From the human T2T-CHM13v2.0 reference genome, Homo sapiens, in NCBI RefSeq assembly GCF_009914755.1, contig NC_060935.1: 64,000 bases of DNA; one strand, written 5' to 3'. The translations under genes and the position numbers were made by a program. The first letter of the stretch is position 1, and each line of letters begins with the position of its first letter. Positions 37,231 through 51,782 of this stretch are shown here, piece after piece. The notes beneath the pieces are model-generated. The model saw only the letters and a program-made list of their open reading frames with translations. It did no database searches and was not told the DNA's origin.

Positions 37231-39181
37231 ATGCTTGGAACTAGGCTCAGAAACACTCCTGTTTTGCTCCACTGTAACTTTGCATATCATGCACTTATTA
37301 AGGAAAGTTTAAGTAGTTGCTTATCTAGTACCCAATGGCTTTCTTCGAAAAATTAAGAAGACACACACAAAGAGATCAAAGAGAGAATCAAATACACAGA
37401 GATATTTTTCCATGTTTCATGTACCTTAAGTAACTAAATGGCATCCCAGACCATCAAATCTAGATAGTTGTAGTTTGAACTTTGGCTTTGTTACCAACAG
37501 TAACTACAAATGTAATTCTCTCACAATATGATATTTAAGCAGCTCAAGAGAAAAGGAATCATGCAACTTCCTAATCCTTGGAGGCTAGGGTGAGGGGATA
37601 CGGCTTGGGGGAGAGACTCCTTCTGCTGAAGGGGAAAAAGTCAAAATGAAAACTTAAATAACAACTCAATTTTTTTTCTTTCAAAATGCAAGCACCAGTG
37701 ATAGTTGGAGATTACATATTTTATGAGCTTAATTAAGTTTCTATTTCAAAAAAAAAAGAAGACGATTCCTCCTTCAATCTTTCACCATAACCTGTCGTTT
37801 AATAACCATGGCACGTCAGGAGCCCTATAAAAAATGCTTTCTTGTCTTCCATAGTGGAAGAAGTCAAGCCCCAGGGACCCTCCCCCTGCCATCCCTGGTG
37901 AATGAAGCAAGTCATTAAAGAGGAATTTGAATTGAGAAGCTTTTCATGAGATTTTCTGTCAAGACTTCTAAGTAGTCAGCCAATGAATGGGCCCTTACTT
38001 ACAAACACAGCCTTGTTGCATGTGGGCTGAGCAAACAGACACCATTGTGGGGACAGGTGGAAAAGAAATATGAATGGACAGTGCAGTTTGCTCTGTGAAG
38101 AATCTCATTACCAAGTGACTTTGTGCATGGCCTCTGTGTCTGGGAGGGGAGCCACCCTTCCAAAAAGCCTGGGCTTTTCCCACGTGCATCTTAAAGATCA
38201 GCCACAATAGGAGACACAATTTGAGATTCTTCAGAATGGAAATGTCTTCCCCGCCTCCCTTCTTCCCTTTATTTAAAACACAATTTCATTTTAGGAGTTT
38301 AGTCATTATACCATTTTCATGGGGATTAAAAAGGTGAAGTGAAACTATGAAGATTTCCTTTTGGGGAGACTAATTTGGGGAATGGTAATGAGCAGACCTA
38401 AGAGAGACAGAGAGCTTTGTGTCTCCATCGCCCACATTCAGACTCATGTCCTTTTATAAGGATTACATGACCCTTAGGACCTGTAGGTGACCAGCATGAG
38501 GGTATAGCCATCACTTTCAGCAGATCAGCAAATAGGCAGGAAGGAACTTTCCACAACATAGAACCTTGAATAAATAGTATTGATATAGACTAGGCTTGGG
38601 AGAAATCAGTAAAGTTGCCATCTTGTCCCTCTTTCACCAAAGGTAGCTTGCGGACTTCACACAAGTAACCTTCCAATGACAGATGTTACTTCCAAAGGTT
38701 AAAACTCTGAGGGATTGCTTTTTTTCACTCTGGAGAAAAACGCATACATTCTGGGGGCTTATGAATACCTGGTGAAAGATTTTTTTTTGCAACAGCGTGA
38801 GCACTAACAGAACAACACAGGGCTGACTATTCATTTTTTGGATACCTTTTCCTAAGCAGCTCAAAACCGGCAGTAGAACGTGACATTACCATGTAACAGG
38901 AGGCTGGCCTGATCCTGTGCTGTGTCCACCGCCAAGGTGTTTTTGTCATATCTGTCCCCTGCTGGGTGGGGACAGGGGCATCAAAAGCCTATCTACAGTC
39001 AACAAAACAAAGCACATTCTAAAGAAAGCCAAATCAGGCACAAAAAGCTTGGGCCAATATTAAAACCACAGGTATTCAAAGCGAAGAGATATTCTGATTT
39101 TTAAGATGATTACTTGGTTTTCTCTCTCAGCCCAGCTCCCCTATGCATGCTTGGGTTTTCTGAAGAGCAAAGGGCTATTAA

Positions 39182-39555
<374 letters not shown>

Positions 39556-40849
39556 CATCACACACCGGGGCTCCAGAGACTTGGCTGCTGCAGAACTCAG
39601 CTGGGCTGATGGTAACAGCATTTTCTGGTAGACAAGGTAGCCCCCTGTTGCTGAGTAGCAGTGGAAGATAAACGCAGCCCGCAGTGACAATGATAGTGGG
39701 GGGTGGGAGTGCTCTCTGAAGCCACATGGGTTGTGCAGTCTGGTGAACTTGAATGGGGATTGGTGTCCACTGAGGCACAGGGCTCATTCACCACAGAAAG
39801 CAGCAATTACCATCCACTAAGAAGGCTGAGGATGGTGAAGAAGATAGCAGATGTTCTGCGGTCTCTGATTTCTTTTTTTGAGCACACAGAAGACACTTCC
39901 TGAGTACTTTCGGAATTACATAGCTGCTTCTTTTGAGGTTGAGAATAGAGAAACAGGGGTTATACCCAGAATATTTCCATTTTACATCTATCAGCCATGA
40001 GATTAATTAAAACTCATGTACACAGTTCACCCTCTCTCCCACACTCCTACTGTCAAATCTGAATTGAGGTGCAGTACAAGATGACAGGGTTTCTGTGGCA
40101 ACTTCATTGAAATATATAGAAATTATAAATAAAGACCAATATGTTAACTCCCCATTATAATCTTCCACAGCAGTTGTTAAAAATAAAATCCCTGCACACT
40201 TCAAAGCCTCAATTCCACGCTGAGCTCTTTCACTTTTAGCAGATGAATGCACCTAGGAAAATACAGGCCTAGCAAGCTCAGCTATTCTGCCTTTTACCAT
40301 CACCCTTACAGCCTTATCTTACATGCTCTACATTTGGTAATACAATTGAACATAATTTAGTAAACGATGAAATAATTGACTAGTAGTGTAACCTTTGTGC
40401 TATCTCACTAGCGCCTCCTATCTTCAACTGCGCTTTGATGTGTTGATTTCCTATCTGCCCTTAAACCTTCCTGGCTTCTTTGTCTATACAGCACCTGTCA
40501 TCCCTCTCTCTGTCTCAATGAGTTTTATTTCTCATTTCCTCCCAAGGAAAAGACTAGGGTTTCAATGACCATGATTTTAATTTGATACACTAGTATAAGC
40601 AGAAAATCCAAAGCAAGTTTGAGCTGCATTAATAAAGGCATGTTGTCTAGACTAAAAGAGGTTTTTTGTTTCTATTTTGTATCAGCCAAAATACACATCT
40701 CATCTTAAATATTCTTTTCAAATCACATCACATATTAAAGAGATCAGAATCAAAGAGGAAATGTTTTAAGGAGAAGAATTAGGACTCTGATGTTGCTGTG
40801 TGCCTCATAAGGCTTAACAAATGTCTCCGACTCAATGTTTCTCTTTCTG

Positions 40850-41115
40850 GAGAGAAATTATGTAAAGTTAGAGACTGGATTTAGAGTATCAGACTGCCTG
40901 GGTTCCAAACCCACCTCCACCATTTATTTTTTATAAGATCTGGATCAACTTTTCTAATTTCTGAACAAGTTCTTTGTGTTAGTTTCCTCAACCACCAAAC
41001 AAGCAAATTACAGTACATTCCTTTCAGGGTTAATGTGAAGATTAAATAAATTACTCCATTCAACTGCTTAGGAGAACACTTGGCTCTTAACAAGTAATCA
41101 AGTGTTAGATATTAT
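40850..41115 (+). mobile_element. MIR SINE
   Basis: tcagactgcctgggttcca...cagggttaatgtgaagattaaat. Confidence 0.72.
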
Positions 41116-42869
41116 TATTAAAGAATATTTGTCTAGCCTTAGTTTAAAAATTAGAGCTTCTTACAACAGCATTCATAGCAACCAGTCTAAAAAACCAGAA
41201 TAAAAAGTGGAAGAAAGCCACAATAAAAAAAACCAACATTGTGTTTATGCCTTTTTGTATTTACATGGACCTGTAATATTTTCCATTTTAAGATAAAAAT
41301 AAAATTTAAAATATAACTTCGTATACTATCTAAGCAATTTTACACCTGCCTTATAAAACCTTTAGTACACTGGTTCTAATATATTTTTGCCTTTATAGGT
41401 AGGCTGTAGATAAATTTAAAAGACAATATAGCAATTTAACAAAGCACAACCTTCACACACACAAGTATTAATATTATTTCCAACCTTCGCTTAGTGCCTA
41501 GGCATTTGATTCGCATCTATTCTTAGTAAACAAGCAAAGGAGTTCAGTTCTAGAGATTCTTTGAGAAACTAACACTCAACTCACAAACTAGCAGCTTTCT
41601 CCAGTTCAGCTTGTGGAGCTGCTGATGACAACAGGCAGTGAAGCTATGCCGTGCATTAGAACCACATTTTTTTTTATATATTCATTTTGGACAGTAGTTC
41701 TGGAAGCACAAGGAAGCATGGTAAATTAAGAAATTGGTTCTCAGTTCTCAGTGCTGATGAGTCTTGCTCATTTTGAGTTTTAGATTTATTTTCTATATGT
41801 CACACTCGTAGCAGAAACCAAAACAAAAAACACCATTTAAGCTTCTTCATTATTTTATTGAAAAAAATAAGAGCAGATTAAAGAGTTGGGGAAAAAATGA
41901 ACACAGTTTTATGATATTTTGATAGTTAATGTGTTTAGTTACATCATATAAACTACTTATAAAGATAAATCTAACTTCCTCTACTGTATTTTTCAATTGG
42001 GATATAAAATATATGTTCCATGTACTTTTTAAGTATTATGAATAACTCATGCATAAAGTCAGCCATTTTGTAATGACTTAACCAGGAAATATATTTTGGC
42101 ATTTAAGAGTTAAATCACCTGCCTAAACTCACAGAAATTCCTTGTAGAGGCAGTGATCTAATATTGTATCATTATTTTACCAGCTAGAATAAGTCATTTA
42201 CTAAATGACATTAAATTGTATTAGCAAATGTAAAGCATGTAAGATAAAGCTATAAGATTTATCTCAATCACAAATTTTGGCTTTCTATTTTTTCTGTCGT
42301 GTGTCATAGATCTCACATATAAGCCACCCCTCCATTTCCCTGTATTGTGACAATCAGTGGAAGTAGGGGTTTCTCTGTCTTATTTACAGCATAAATCCAT
42401 GGATATTATCCCACATCATCATTATTGTCTCAAGAGAATATTTGAATTAGAAGGCAGGCATCCATTGAGATAGCAAGAGCTCAAAGACCGACACGTTTTA
42501 TCAATTAACAGAAGCTTTAACACTAGTTGACAGATGAATCCCTATGCCCCTCTATTGATATATGGAATCTGTTTTTCCTCTTTTTTGACAAAGTGGATGA
42601 CCAAAAAGGAGAAAGAAACCAGGAATTAGCCAGTTTGATTATGTTTCCTTCTGGGGTTTTCTGTCTTTCCCATACCCTCTGCCTACCTAAGTTTCTATAT
42701 TCTACATTCTCTTAAATGACCCAGTCTATTTCTAAACCCTTCAAAATGCTGCCATTTACTCTGCTTTGGAACTTACTCTCACTGCTCCTGAGACTTTCAA
42801 AAATATATTCTCATGAACCATTTTAAAAATCAAAGGAGTTAAACCAGTTTTATGAATTCTATACCAGTA

Positions 42870-43082
42870 CAGAGTAATGCTTAGGAATTCAGATTATTGA
42901 ACAACTTGCCTTCAACTCTCAGATGTGTTACTAGTTCACTGTGTGATCTTAAGAAATTTGCTGAACACTTCTGCATTTCTGTGTCTCTCTGTGAGAATTT
43001 CTGTATTAATTTCATATGAATTGATGAGATTAGTGCACAGCATATAGTGACCTTAGCTCAATAAATGTCAGCTATGATTATT
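42870..43082 (+). mobile_element. MIR SINE
   Basis: ctgtgtgatctt...ctcaataaatgtcagctatgattatt. Confidence 0.6.
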
Positions 43083-45031
43083 ATAACCAGATGGGTTTTC
43101 TGTGTTGTACTACAGTTCAGGTTTCCCTGGATCATAAGGAAACAGTAGAAGCACACACTAATGAAAACATAAAATAGAATGGTAAAGTTTTTCATGACCT
43201 CATTGGTCACCATGGGCCTCAGCTCTCCCAAAGTTGGGATGGGCAGCAGAGTCTCAAGTAACAAAGAAGGGAAAACGCCTGGTTTCCTTAGGGTTAGCAA
43301 TTTAGGTCTGACATGTATATTTCTCAAGGAAAAGGTTTGAGTTTTGGTTTTGTTGGCAGTATACATAAAACGCTTCCATCAATGAGTGTCCACATGAAAC
43401 ATCACAAGTAGTGGCCTATGTTATGTCAAGACTGGGGCCATTTTGCAGTGGTCCTGGACTAATACATGGTAATAAAGGCAGTAATTAACTTTACCTCTCT
43501 TTCTGATCTCATAGAATTTCAGCAGCAAAGTAAGAGAAGGCCTTTGGGGCTCTGGATAAGTATGTTGAGGGTATGTTTGATACATACGCCTCTTATCCTC
43601 CAGTTCTTCAAATTGGCAGTAGGCCAGTTCCAGGGTTGGTTAAATTAAGAAGTTCTGTCTTGTATTCAAAGAAATGGGAGTTTTCCATCTCTCCACTTCT
43701 CCTTCCTCAACATGTCAAGGCTGTTTCTTCTCATGGCTGTATTGAACCAACAATGTCTAGCAAACAATAGTGTTTTCAATGTGTTAATTTTAATTAATGA
43801 AGAAAATCATTAGCAAAAGCTTCTGTCTGGCCAGATGTCATCTAGTGTCACTTTGTCTAGAATTGGATTATAACACTGGCAACAGAATTGAACCACCATA
43901 TTTCGTTTACCCTTATTACTGGGAATAGTCACCATTCCAAGTACACTGGAGGATGAACACCTTAACCAAATCAGGACTCTGCCAGAAAGAAAAACAAATG
44001 CATATTGAGGGTTGGTAGGTATGTTTTGTCTGCCACTCTTGAGACAGTGCTCATTTACATAGTAATTCAGGGATAGAGATAGTGCTTAGAATACAAATGA
44101 TTGTTAAAGGGTCTATACTCGGACCTATTAATATTACCATTAATTTTATTACTATTATTAACAGACAGGCTTTAAGACTACAATAGAATTAAAGTATACA
44201 AAACAAACAATTTAGAAAGTGGTATATTTGTGATTTATTCTGTGATCCAACCAGCCATTATCATAAGCCTAAAAATTTGATAAATTTTTCAGTGGCCTGC
44301 ATATAAAAGGAAGGTTCTCGAGGTTCTTAATAGTGCTACTCTGACATTTTTTTTTGCAATCCCATTATTAGCCAAAAATTGTCACAGTATCCATTCATCT
44401 ATTCAAATAAAAATGTTGTTTTCCTTGTTTATCTTGTAAATATATGAATAATTTTGGGTATACTGGCCTTAAGAAACACTAATGCCTTCATAGGCAGTTT
44501 CCTTCTTTGAAGTCCAAGGGACTTGGGAATAGATTGAGGTAAGGGGCTGGGGGTAGATTGGGAAAGGGTGGAGAATGAAGAAATACACACTTAAAACACA
44601 CAATAGGAGAGGGTGGAGAATGAAGGAATAAATACTTAAAATACACAATCAGGAGAACAAATGATGTGGGAGTATTGCTGAATTCCTCTTACCAACTCTA
44701 AATCCAGATTTTTAAAGCTGCCCTTGAATGCCTAAAGTTAAGTTTCATTGTATATAGGTATCAGTTAAGTTTAGCCTATGAAGGAATAGTGAAATAACTG
44801 TTATAATAATGTTAATAAATGCTTATTGATCACTTAATATGTTCTAGGCACCATTAGTTGATATTCACTGAAGTTGATAAGCACAATTCAAGATTGATAT
44901 GATAATTGTCAGTTTTATAGAAAGAGAATTTAAGTGTATAATAATAATGCTTTTTGGTACTGTTATAAAAAGACTCAAGACTGTAATTAAGCTTGAGAGA
45001 CCCTCTTGAGCTATCTGTATAAAAACTATAA

Positions 45032-45280
45032 TTTCACACCACGTGTCCTCACTCATAGGTGGGAATTGAACAATGAGATCACTTGGACACAGGGCAGGGA
45101 ACATCACACACCAGGGCCTGTCAGGGGTGCGGGGCCGTGGGAGGGGTAGCATTAGGAGAAACACCTAATGTAAATGATGAGTTGATGGGTGCAGCAAACG
45201 AACAGGGCACATGTATACCTATGTATCAAAGCTACATATTGTGCACATGTACCCTAGAACTTAAAGTATAATAATAAAAA
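45032..45280 (+). mobile_element. 5'-truncated L1PA (about PA5-7) 3' end
   Basis: ctcactcataggtgggaattgaacaatgag...tgtaccctagaacttaaagtataata plus A tail; TSD AAAAACTATAA at 45021-45031 and 45281-45291. Confidence 0.93.
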
Positions 45281-45704
45281 AAAAACTATAAGTAAAGAGA
45301 CGACCCCAGCTACAGTATAAACCTAGCTGACTCACAAGGAATTTTCATTCTCCTGGAAAACTTCATTTTCAAAGGCATGTTTAAACTATCTAGTGCATAT
45401 GTCCTGATTGTCACCATATCAACAATTTGCCATAACTGGACTGATCTTGAGCAAACCATTTAACCAACTGAATTCTCAATGTCATAACCTACGAAATAAG
45501 ACCAACTTAGTTGCTCCATATATTCTACAAGTTATGAGGAAGGTTAAATAAAAATTTCTAATAGGAAAAGAATAATCTTTGGAGCCAAATTGTCCTGGAT
45601 TTACTAGTTCAGTCATGAAAAAAAATGTGCACTGAAGATTGTCTGTGATCATGAGCAACTTGAGTTTTGTTGTCATCTGTGTTACAGGCATATCAATGCC
45701 TACA

Positions 45705-46245
45705 TTTGGTTGCCAGTTTCCAAGATGGTCCCCAATGATCGTCATCTTCTGGTATTCATGCCATTGTGTAGACCCTGCCCATATTATGTAGGGATGACAA
45801 TTGTAACCAATAGGATATTGCAAAAGTGACTATGGGGGATTTTTAGGAGTTAGTTCATAAAAGACATTGCAACTTTTATTTTGCTTGCTTGAGTTGTTTG
45901 TTTTGAGGGAAAACAGGTGTCGTGTCATGAGAACATTTAAATAGCTCTATCAAGAGACTCTCATGGAGAACTGAAGTATCTTGCCAACCATCAACACCAA
46001 CTTGCCAGCCATGTGGGTAAGTCGCCTTAGAAGTGAGTTCTCCAACCCCAGTCAAATGATCAGGTGAATACAGTCCTAGCCAACTTCTTAATTTCAACTT
46101 CATGAGAAATTCCAAGTCAGAACTACTCCTTAAGCTGCCCTTGCATTCTAACTCATAGAAACTATAAGGGAATGAATGTTTATGATTGTAGTTTTAAATC
46201 ACTAAGTTCTGAATAAGTTTGTTAATCAGAAAGAGATAGCTGACA
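45705..46245 (+). mobile_element. MLT1E/F-like MaLR LTR inserted in MIR
   Basis: ccaagatggtccccaatgatc, accaacttgccagccatgtg, atagctgaca; MIR pieces on both sides. Confidence 0.72.
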
Positions 46246-47619
46246 TGAGAAAACAAACCTATATAGATAGTCATTGTGAGATTTAGAGATAATATCTGTA
46301 TACATAGCTATGAACCATGTCTCCACACAGTGAGAGCTCAATAAATAGATGTACAAAGGAGCTGGATCTTCACTATAAATGTTATCACTAAGATGCAACA
46401 TTAATTTAAATATGTTTAATACAAACGTTAATTTGCTGAATGCCTAACTCAAAAGCCATTTATTTCTTTTCCCCTAAATAATGGACTAGAATTTTGTTAT
46501 GGGACCTGTGTATATATACTTCAGAGCCTAGGATCTTCAGGGCCAGTGAACCTCATGTCCAGCTCCAACGGAATATCCCTGGAAACAGTAATTAGCTCAG
46601 GAGTATACATGATACCAAAGACAGTATAGTCTTTTTTACAATGAGAATGATGTGCTCTTTCTCTATAACTGGGGGTGACTATGGGTAACAGAGTTTTTTC
46701 AGCCAATAAATGAAACCAGTAAAAATCTCTGGATGGCAAAAAAAAAAAAAAAAAAACAAAAAAAAACAAACATGAGCAGAAATAAATTCTTGGTGATTAT
46801 TGATTAAATCTAAATCTATTACACATGAAGCCTACCCTATCTTTGGACTTCACAATTATGAGAGCAAGGGCATTCACATTTTTTCCACTACAATCCTCAT
46901 TGACTAAAGCATTACATTAAAAATAAGTACATCTAAATAATTTCTGTGATTTCTATATTTCTATTGCATCTGTTTTTATATATCACCTACAGGAATCAAA
47001 AAGTTTATTTTAAGCATGGCAAGTCTCCTCTCTAGGAACTTCAACTCTATTCGTCTGAATTAAGGATCTACGTTCTGATTCATTTTGTAGGACTTCTTAT
47101 ATGTAGAGCTATTGTTTCTTATCCCCTTGCTTTCTTATCATAACTATACTTTGCTAAATCTCCATCACTGTATCTCTGACATGCATTGTAATAAAGAAAA
47201 GCTATTGCTAATTCAGAGAAGAAAGCAGTTACTTTAATACTTGACAGGTAGCAACCACTCTGTATCAGAATTCACCACCACTCTCTTTTTCCCCGCATTC
47301 ATTCACTTGAAATAAATTTCTGGAATTTGGCCTTGTCAGTAAGAAATGAAACCACAAGGCTGGTTCCAAGAGAACTGGCAAGAAACTGTGCTGGATATGC
47401 AGAGTCAGAAATCACTGACTCCTGTTGTGTGACCTTGTGGGAAGTCAGTTCTCCCAGACACTCGAACTCATTAACTTCAAAACTGGGATCCTGCAAAGGA
47501 GCCAACAGTCCCCTTTTCTCTACACAGTCATCTTGATCTCAGAAGTCAGCTCACTGCCCTCCTAATAGACAGCTCAGCACAGAGGAAAGAACACTGGTTT
47601 CTGTATTAAATTCCCAGCT

Positions 47620-47810
47620 TCACTCCAAATTAGTCTAGATCAGGTCAACCTGGGTTCAGTTCTAGTTTCCTTGCAGTATGGCTATTTGGCTTAGGACAAG
47701 TCATTTAACCTTGATAAGCCACTGATTTTTTTTTTTTTTAACCTTAAAATGAGAAAGAATAATATCTATTTCAAATGATAAGTGGAAATTAAAATGAGAT
47801 TATGCATTTT
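47620..47810 (+). mobile_element. MIR SINE
   Basis: cctgggttcagttctag...gacaagtcatttaacct...aaaatgag. Confidence 0.65.
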
Positions 47811-50002
47811 AACTTTTACGGCCAAGTTTTATGTGTAATACATGAGAGTTTCTTTCCCTTCTTTTCTATTCCCATAATATTTCCCTAAGGATAACTTTTA
47901 AAAATGAACTTATTGAAAAACTACAAGGAGTATAGAAATGTTTTAAGAAGAAATATTAAATATCACCCTACTTCCATTCCCTCTCATTCCTCTCTTTACA
48001 TCCACGTTCCATACCCAACATAACCTTCATTAGAACTTCTGTGCACTTCTGTAGAGACTATTTTCCTATAGTTAAACTAGTCCATTTATTTTTATTTGTA
48101 TTATTATTATTATTGTCATCATTCAGTAATACTAAGGACCCGTCATTTGGAGGAACAAGGGGCTGCTGGAAGGAAGGACAAGACTAAGTAACATAATAGA
48201 CAATGGTTTGAGGGATTTTTCCTCTAATTTTTAAGTGTCCAAGACTCATAAATAGTAAACATATACAATTTTGCTGGAAGACAATGTATGGTCATCTATT
48301 GAAAGCTTTAACAATATATTAGCATTTTGAAATGGTAAGTCAATTTCCAGGAATTCATCCCAAACAAATAATTAAATATGTAAGCAAAGATTCAGCTATG
48401 AGGATATATGGCATAAAATTGCCCATAGAATTAAAAAAAGGAAAAAAGGTATATGCCTAATAATAAGGAAGCAGTTCAGTGAAAAGTAGAACATGCATTC
48501 AACAGAATACAATAGAAATATGGAAGTCATGCTGCAAAAATAATATTGAACAACATAAAGAGAGGCCCACTTTATATTATTGGAAAAATCAAGTTATGAA
48601 ACAATATATACAGCATAATCCCATTTTGAATATTTCCCAAAGAAGAATGATCAATGAGAACAGGTATTTGCTAAAAAGATTATACATTAATATGTTTACA
48701 GTAGATATTTTTAGGTGTAGATTTGATGTAACTATTTTCTTCTCTTGGCTAATTTCTGGTTTCTGGTTTTGGATTTTATTTTTATCTACAATGTAAAAGT
48801 TATCATTTTTATGTCATACTACCTATCTCTTTAACCTTACCTGGTAGTGCAAGGGATACATACTGACAGAAATACAACAAATTCTACTGTATTGGACTTA
48901 ATTAGCAGAGATTCCAGTATTCTCTCCAGATTTCGTCCTCAATTTTTCCCTCTTCTCATAAGAGATTGAAGGTGGGGATTTTCAAATATGATCAGAACTT
49001 CTATTTGTGGCACTGTCTCTCCCTCTGCTCCACTATCTACTTTTCTCACCATCCCTCAACTCTTTGCCCACTTTTGCTCTGAGGTGCATATGTTGCTACT
49101 CCAGTCACTGGTGACCTTCCCTTGAACACTAATCATTTGACAACTTTCTCCCTTTGGCTTTTTGTAATAAGCTCTTTCCTAGATATTTCCCACTATGTGT
49201 GTTTGTGGTTATATATTTGTGTGTCTGTGTTTGTGTGTTTATTTCACTAACCTCTCCTTTTCATAGAATAGAAATTCCAGAAAAAAAAAACCTGGTGAGA
49301 TTGCAGTTAGTTTGTGTTTCACACACAACTTCACATTGTAGCTCATGGATATTGAACACTCAGAATCTGCCACTAATTTTTTCACACTACCTTAATTCGC
49401 TTACAATTTTCTTCAGGGGACCAAATTTTAACAATCCCTTTGGTGCCTGAACATAACGGAACCTCAATTTGAGAACAAGTTATCATACTTTCCCACAGAT
49501 TTTTAGAGCCACAGAAAGAATATGTGGTTGGGCACCAGTTTTGGATTTCGCATGTTCTCTGGCAGTCTTGAGGCCGCTTGTCTGACAGCATGCAAATGAC
49601 TTCCATGAGAACCTAAAGCCACATGATGCCACATGGATTTTATCTATGAACCAGGAAAGTTATGTTACTGAATGAGAAGGAAAAAAACTAACTAAGTAGT
49701 ATCAGCAGAACATTTCTGTCGAGAAAACATAAAATGCTGTAATAGAAACCATACTTAATTAAAAGAAATTAAAAATCTATATTTAAATCTGCAAGGGGTG
49801 ACCACTGGAAAATCAATTCATACTTATGATTATTAATATCCACATCTGTTACATGGAGCATTCCTGTGGTCAGACTTTAAAGGCTCTTCTAGGTTGGAAG
49901 AAAATGGTCTTTCCAGAATGAGACAACAAGTTGCCACAGTCTATATTTTTCAAGAAGCCAAATTAATTAAATGCATTCTACATATCATAATTGCCAACTA
50001 AG

Positions 50003-50327
50003 GTTTTGTTTGTTTGTCTGTCTTTTTATTTGTTTGTTGAGACAAGATCTCACTCTGTCACCCAGGCTGGAGTGTCATGGCACAATCACAGCCAACTGCA
50101 GCATCGATCTGCCAGGCTCAAGCAATCCTCCCACCTCCCAGGGTGGCTAGTCTGAGAAACTAGAACTACAGGTGCACACCATCACGCCCAGCTAATTTTT
50201 GTATTTTTTGTAAAGATGGGGTCTTCCTATGTTGCCAAGGCTGGTCTGGAACTCCTGGGCTCAAGGGATCTGCCTGCCTCAGCCTCCCAAAGTGCTGGGA
50301 TTACAGACATGAGACACCATACCCAAC
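50003..50327 (-). mobile_element. AluJ-like with a rearranged internal segment
   Basis: ggctcaagcaatcctcccacctc and ctcctgggctcaag are J-type; TSD TTGCCAACTAAG at 49991-50002 and 50330-50341. Confidence 0.92.
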
Positions 50328-51097
50328 TGTTGCCAACTAAGTTTTGATTTGGGACTTTCATTTTTAAAGATATATGTTTAAATGCATGGAATTATTTTAA
50401 TGTGTTTTAATATAGAAACTAAAATAAAAGTAATGGAGTATATACATTTCAAATGTCAAGAGTAAAATCATTTAAAAAAAAGAATCAATACAAATAGAGG
50501 GGGGCACAATGAGACAGATATAAAAAAGTATAGAATTTTGACTATGGTAACCAATCTGTCTTTTTATTTATCATATGTACTCCAAGTATCAATTGAGAAT
50601 ATAAATAGAATCCAATTTATATAGTTATTCTTGGCTAATACTCTAAATAAAATAAAAATCTGTGCAACTCTGCAACTTTAAATAGTGGTTTTGTTTTAAA
50701 TAAGAGGTGTTTCATATGAAAGCTTCTTCAAATGTTAGATTCATAACTGACCATAACCATGATTTAGCCGATGGTAATCCACATTTGAAAGACATAGAAG
50801 AAAGAAAAGCTTCAATAAGGCATCAAATCTTGTGAGAAATAGTTTAGCATCTCACAGTCAAAAGGTCAAGTTTTTTTCAGATGGTGACTCACTCCTGATT
50901 CTGTGAAAAATGCTTTCAATAGAATAGTGATTTCCATTTCTGTCTAAATAGATGTCTATGGTGCATTACACTGGTCCTTTTCATCAGCTCCACGTAACAC
51001 ACACATACATTTGCCAAAGTAAGTGGTCTAGCTAATTTTAGTGTTATGAAAAATGACTCTTTTCCCAAATCAGTTCGACCTCCATATTTTTTAGTGA

Positions 51098-51782
51098 CTG
51101 CACTAGTTTTCTATTGCTGCATAACTAAGACAAGCTTAGTGACTTTAAAAAAGGAAAACACACTCATTTATTACCCCTTGCTCTTTTTTTCCATGGACCT
51201 GTGGCTATTTATTTGCATGTATCAAAGACCAGCATCGTTAAACTTGGTCCTCTGCTCAGGAGCTCACACTCATAGTGTGAGATGTCTGTCTTTACATCTG
51301 AGGCTCTGGGGAAGAATCTACCTCCCAACACATTCAGATTGTTGGCAGAATTCAGTTCTCTGTGATTGCAGGAATGAAGTCATCTGTTCCAGGCTACTAA
51401 GCAACTCTCAACTCCAAGAGGCTGCTCACAGTTTCCTGCCATGGGACTTCTTTTGGGTCTTTTTACAATATTGCAAGGAAAAGCAAGTTTCCTCATGTAG
51501 AGTTTTCTTCATACTTCAGATTTCCCTGCTTCTTCTTCTGCTGTGAGTTGGAGAAATTATCTGCTTTTAAAAGCTCCTAAAATTAAACTAGGCCCACTAA
51601 TAATTTTTCCATCTTAAGGTCAACTGATTAGCAACTTTAATTACATCTGTAAAATCTTTTTATGCCATGTAATGTAAAAATAAGAATCACAGAATAAAAA
51701 CAGGGGGCAGAGATCATATTCATAGTGTAGGATTAGGGTGAGAAATTTTTGGGGGGTCATCTTAGAATTTTGCCTTCCACAG
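51098..51782 (-). mobile_element. MLT1E-like MaLR LTR
   Basis: tagttttctattgctgcataac, ttgttggcagaattcagtt, ctttaattacatctgtaaa, cttagaattttgccttccaca. Confidence 0.75.

Noticed and set aside
51046-51546. 166-aa ORF
   Set aside because: Lies antisense over an MLT1E-like LTR; no recognisable domain or splice structure
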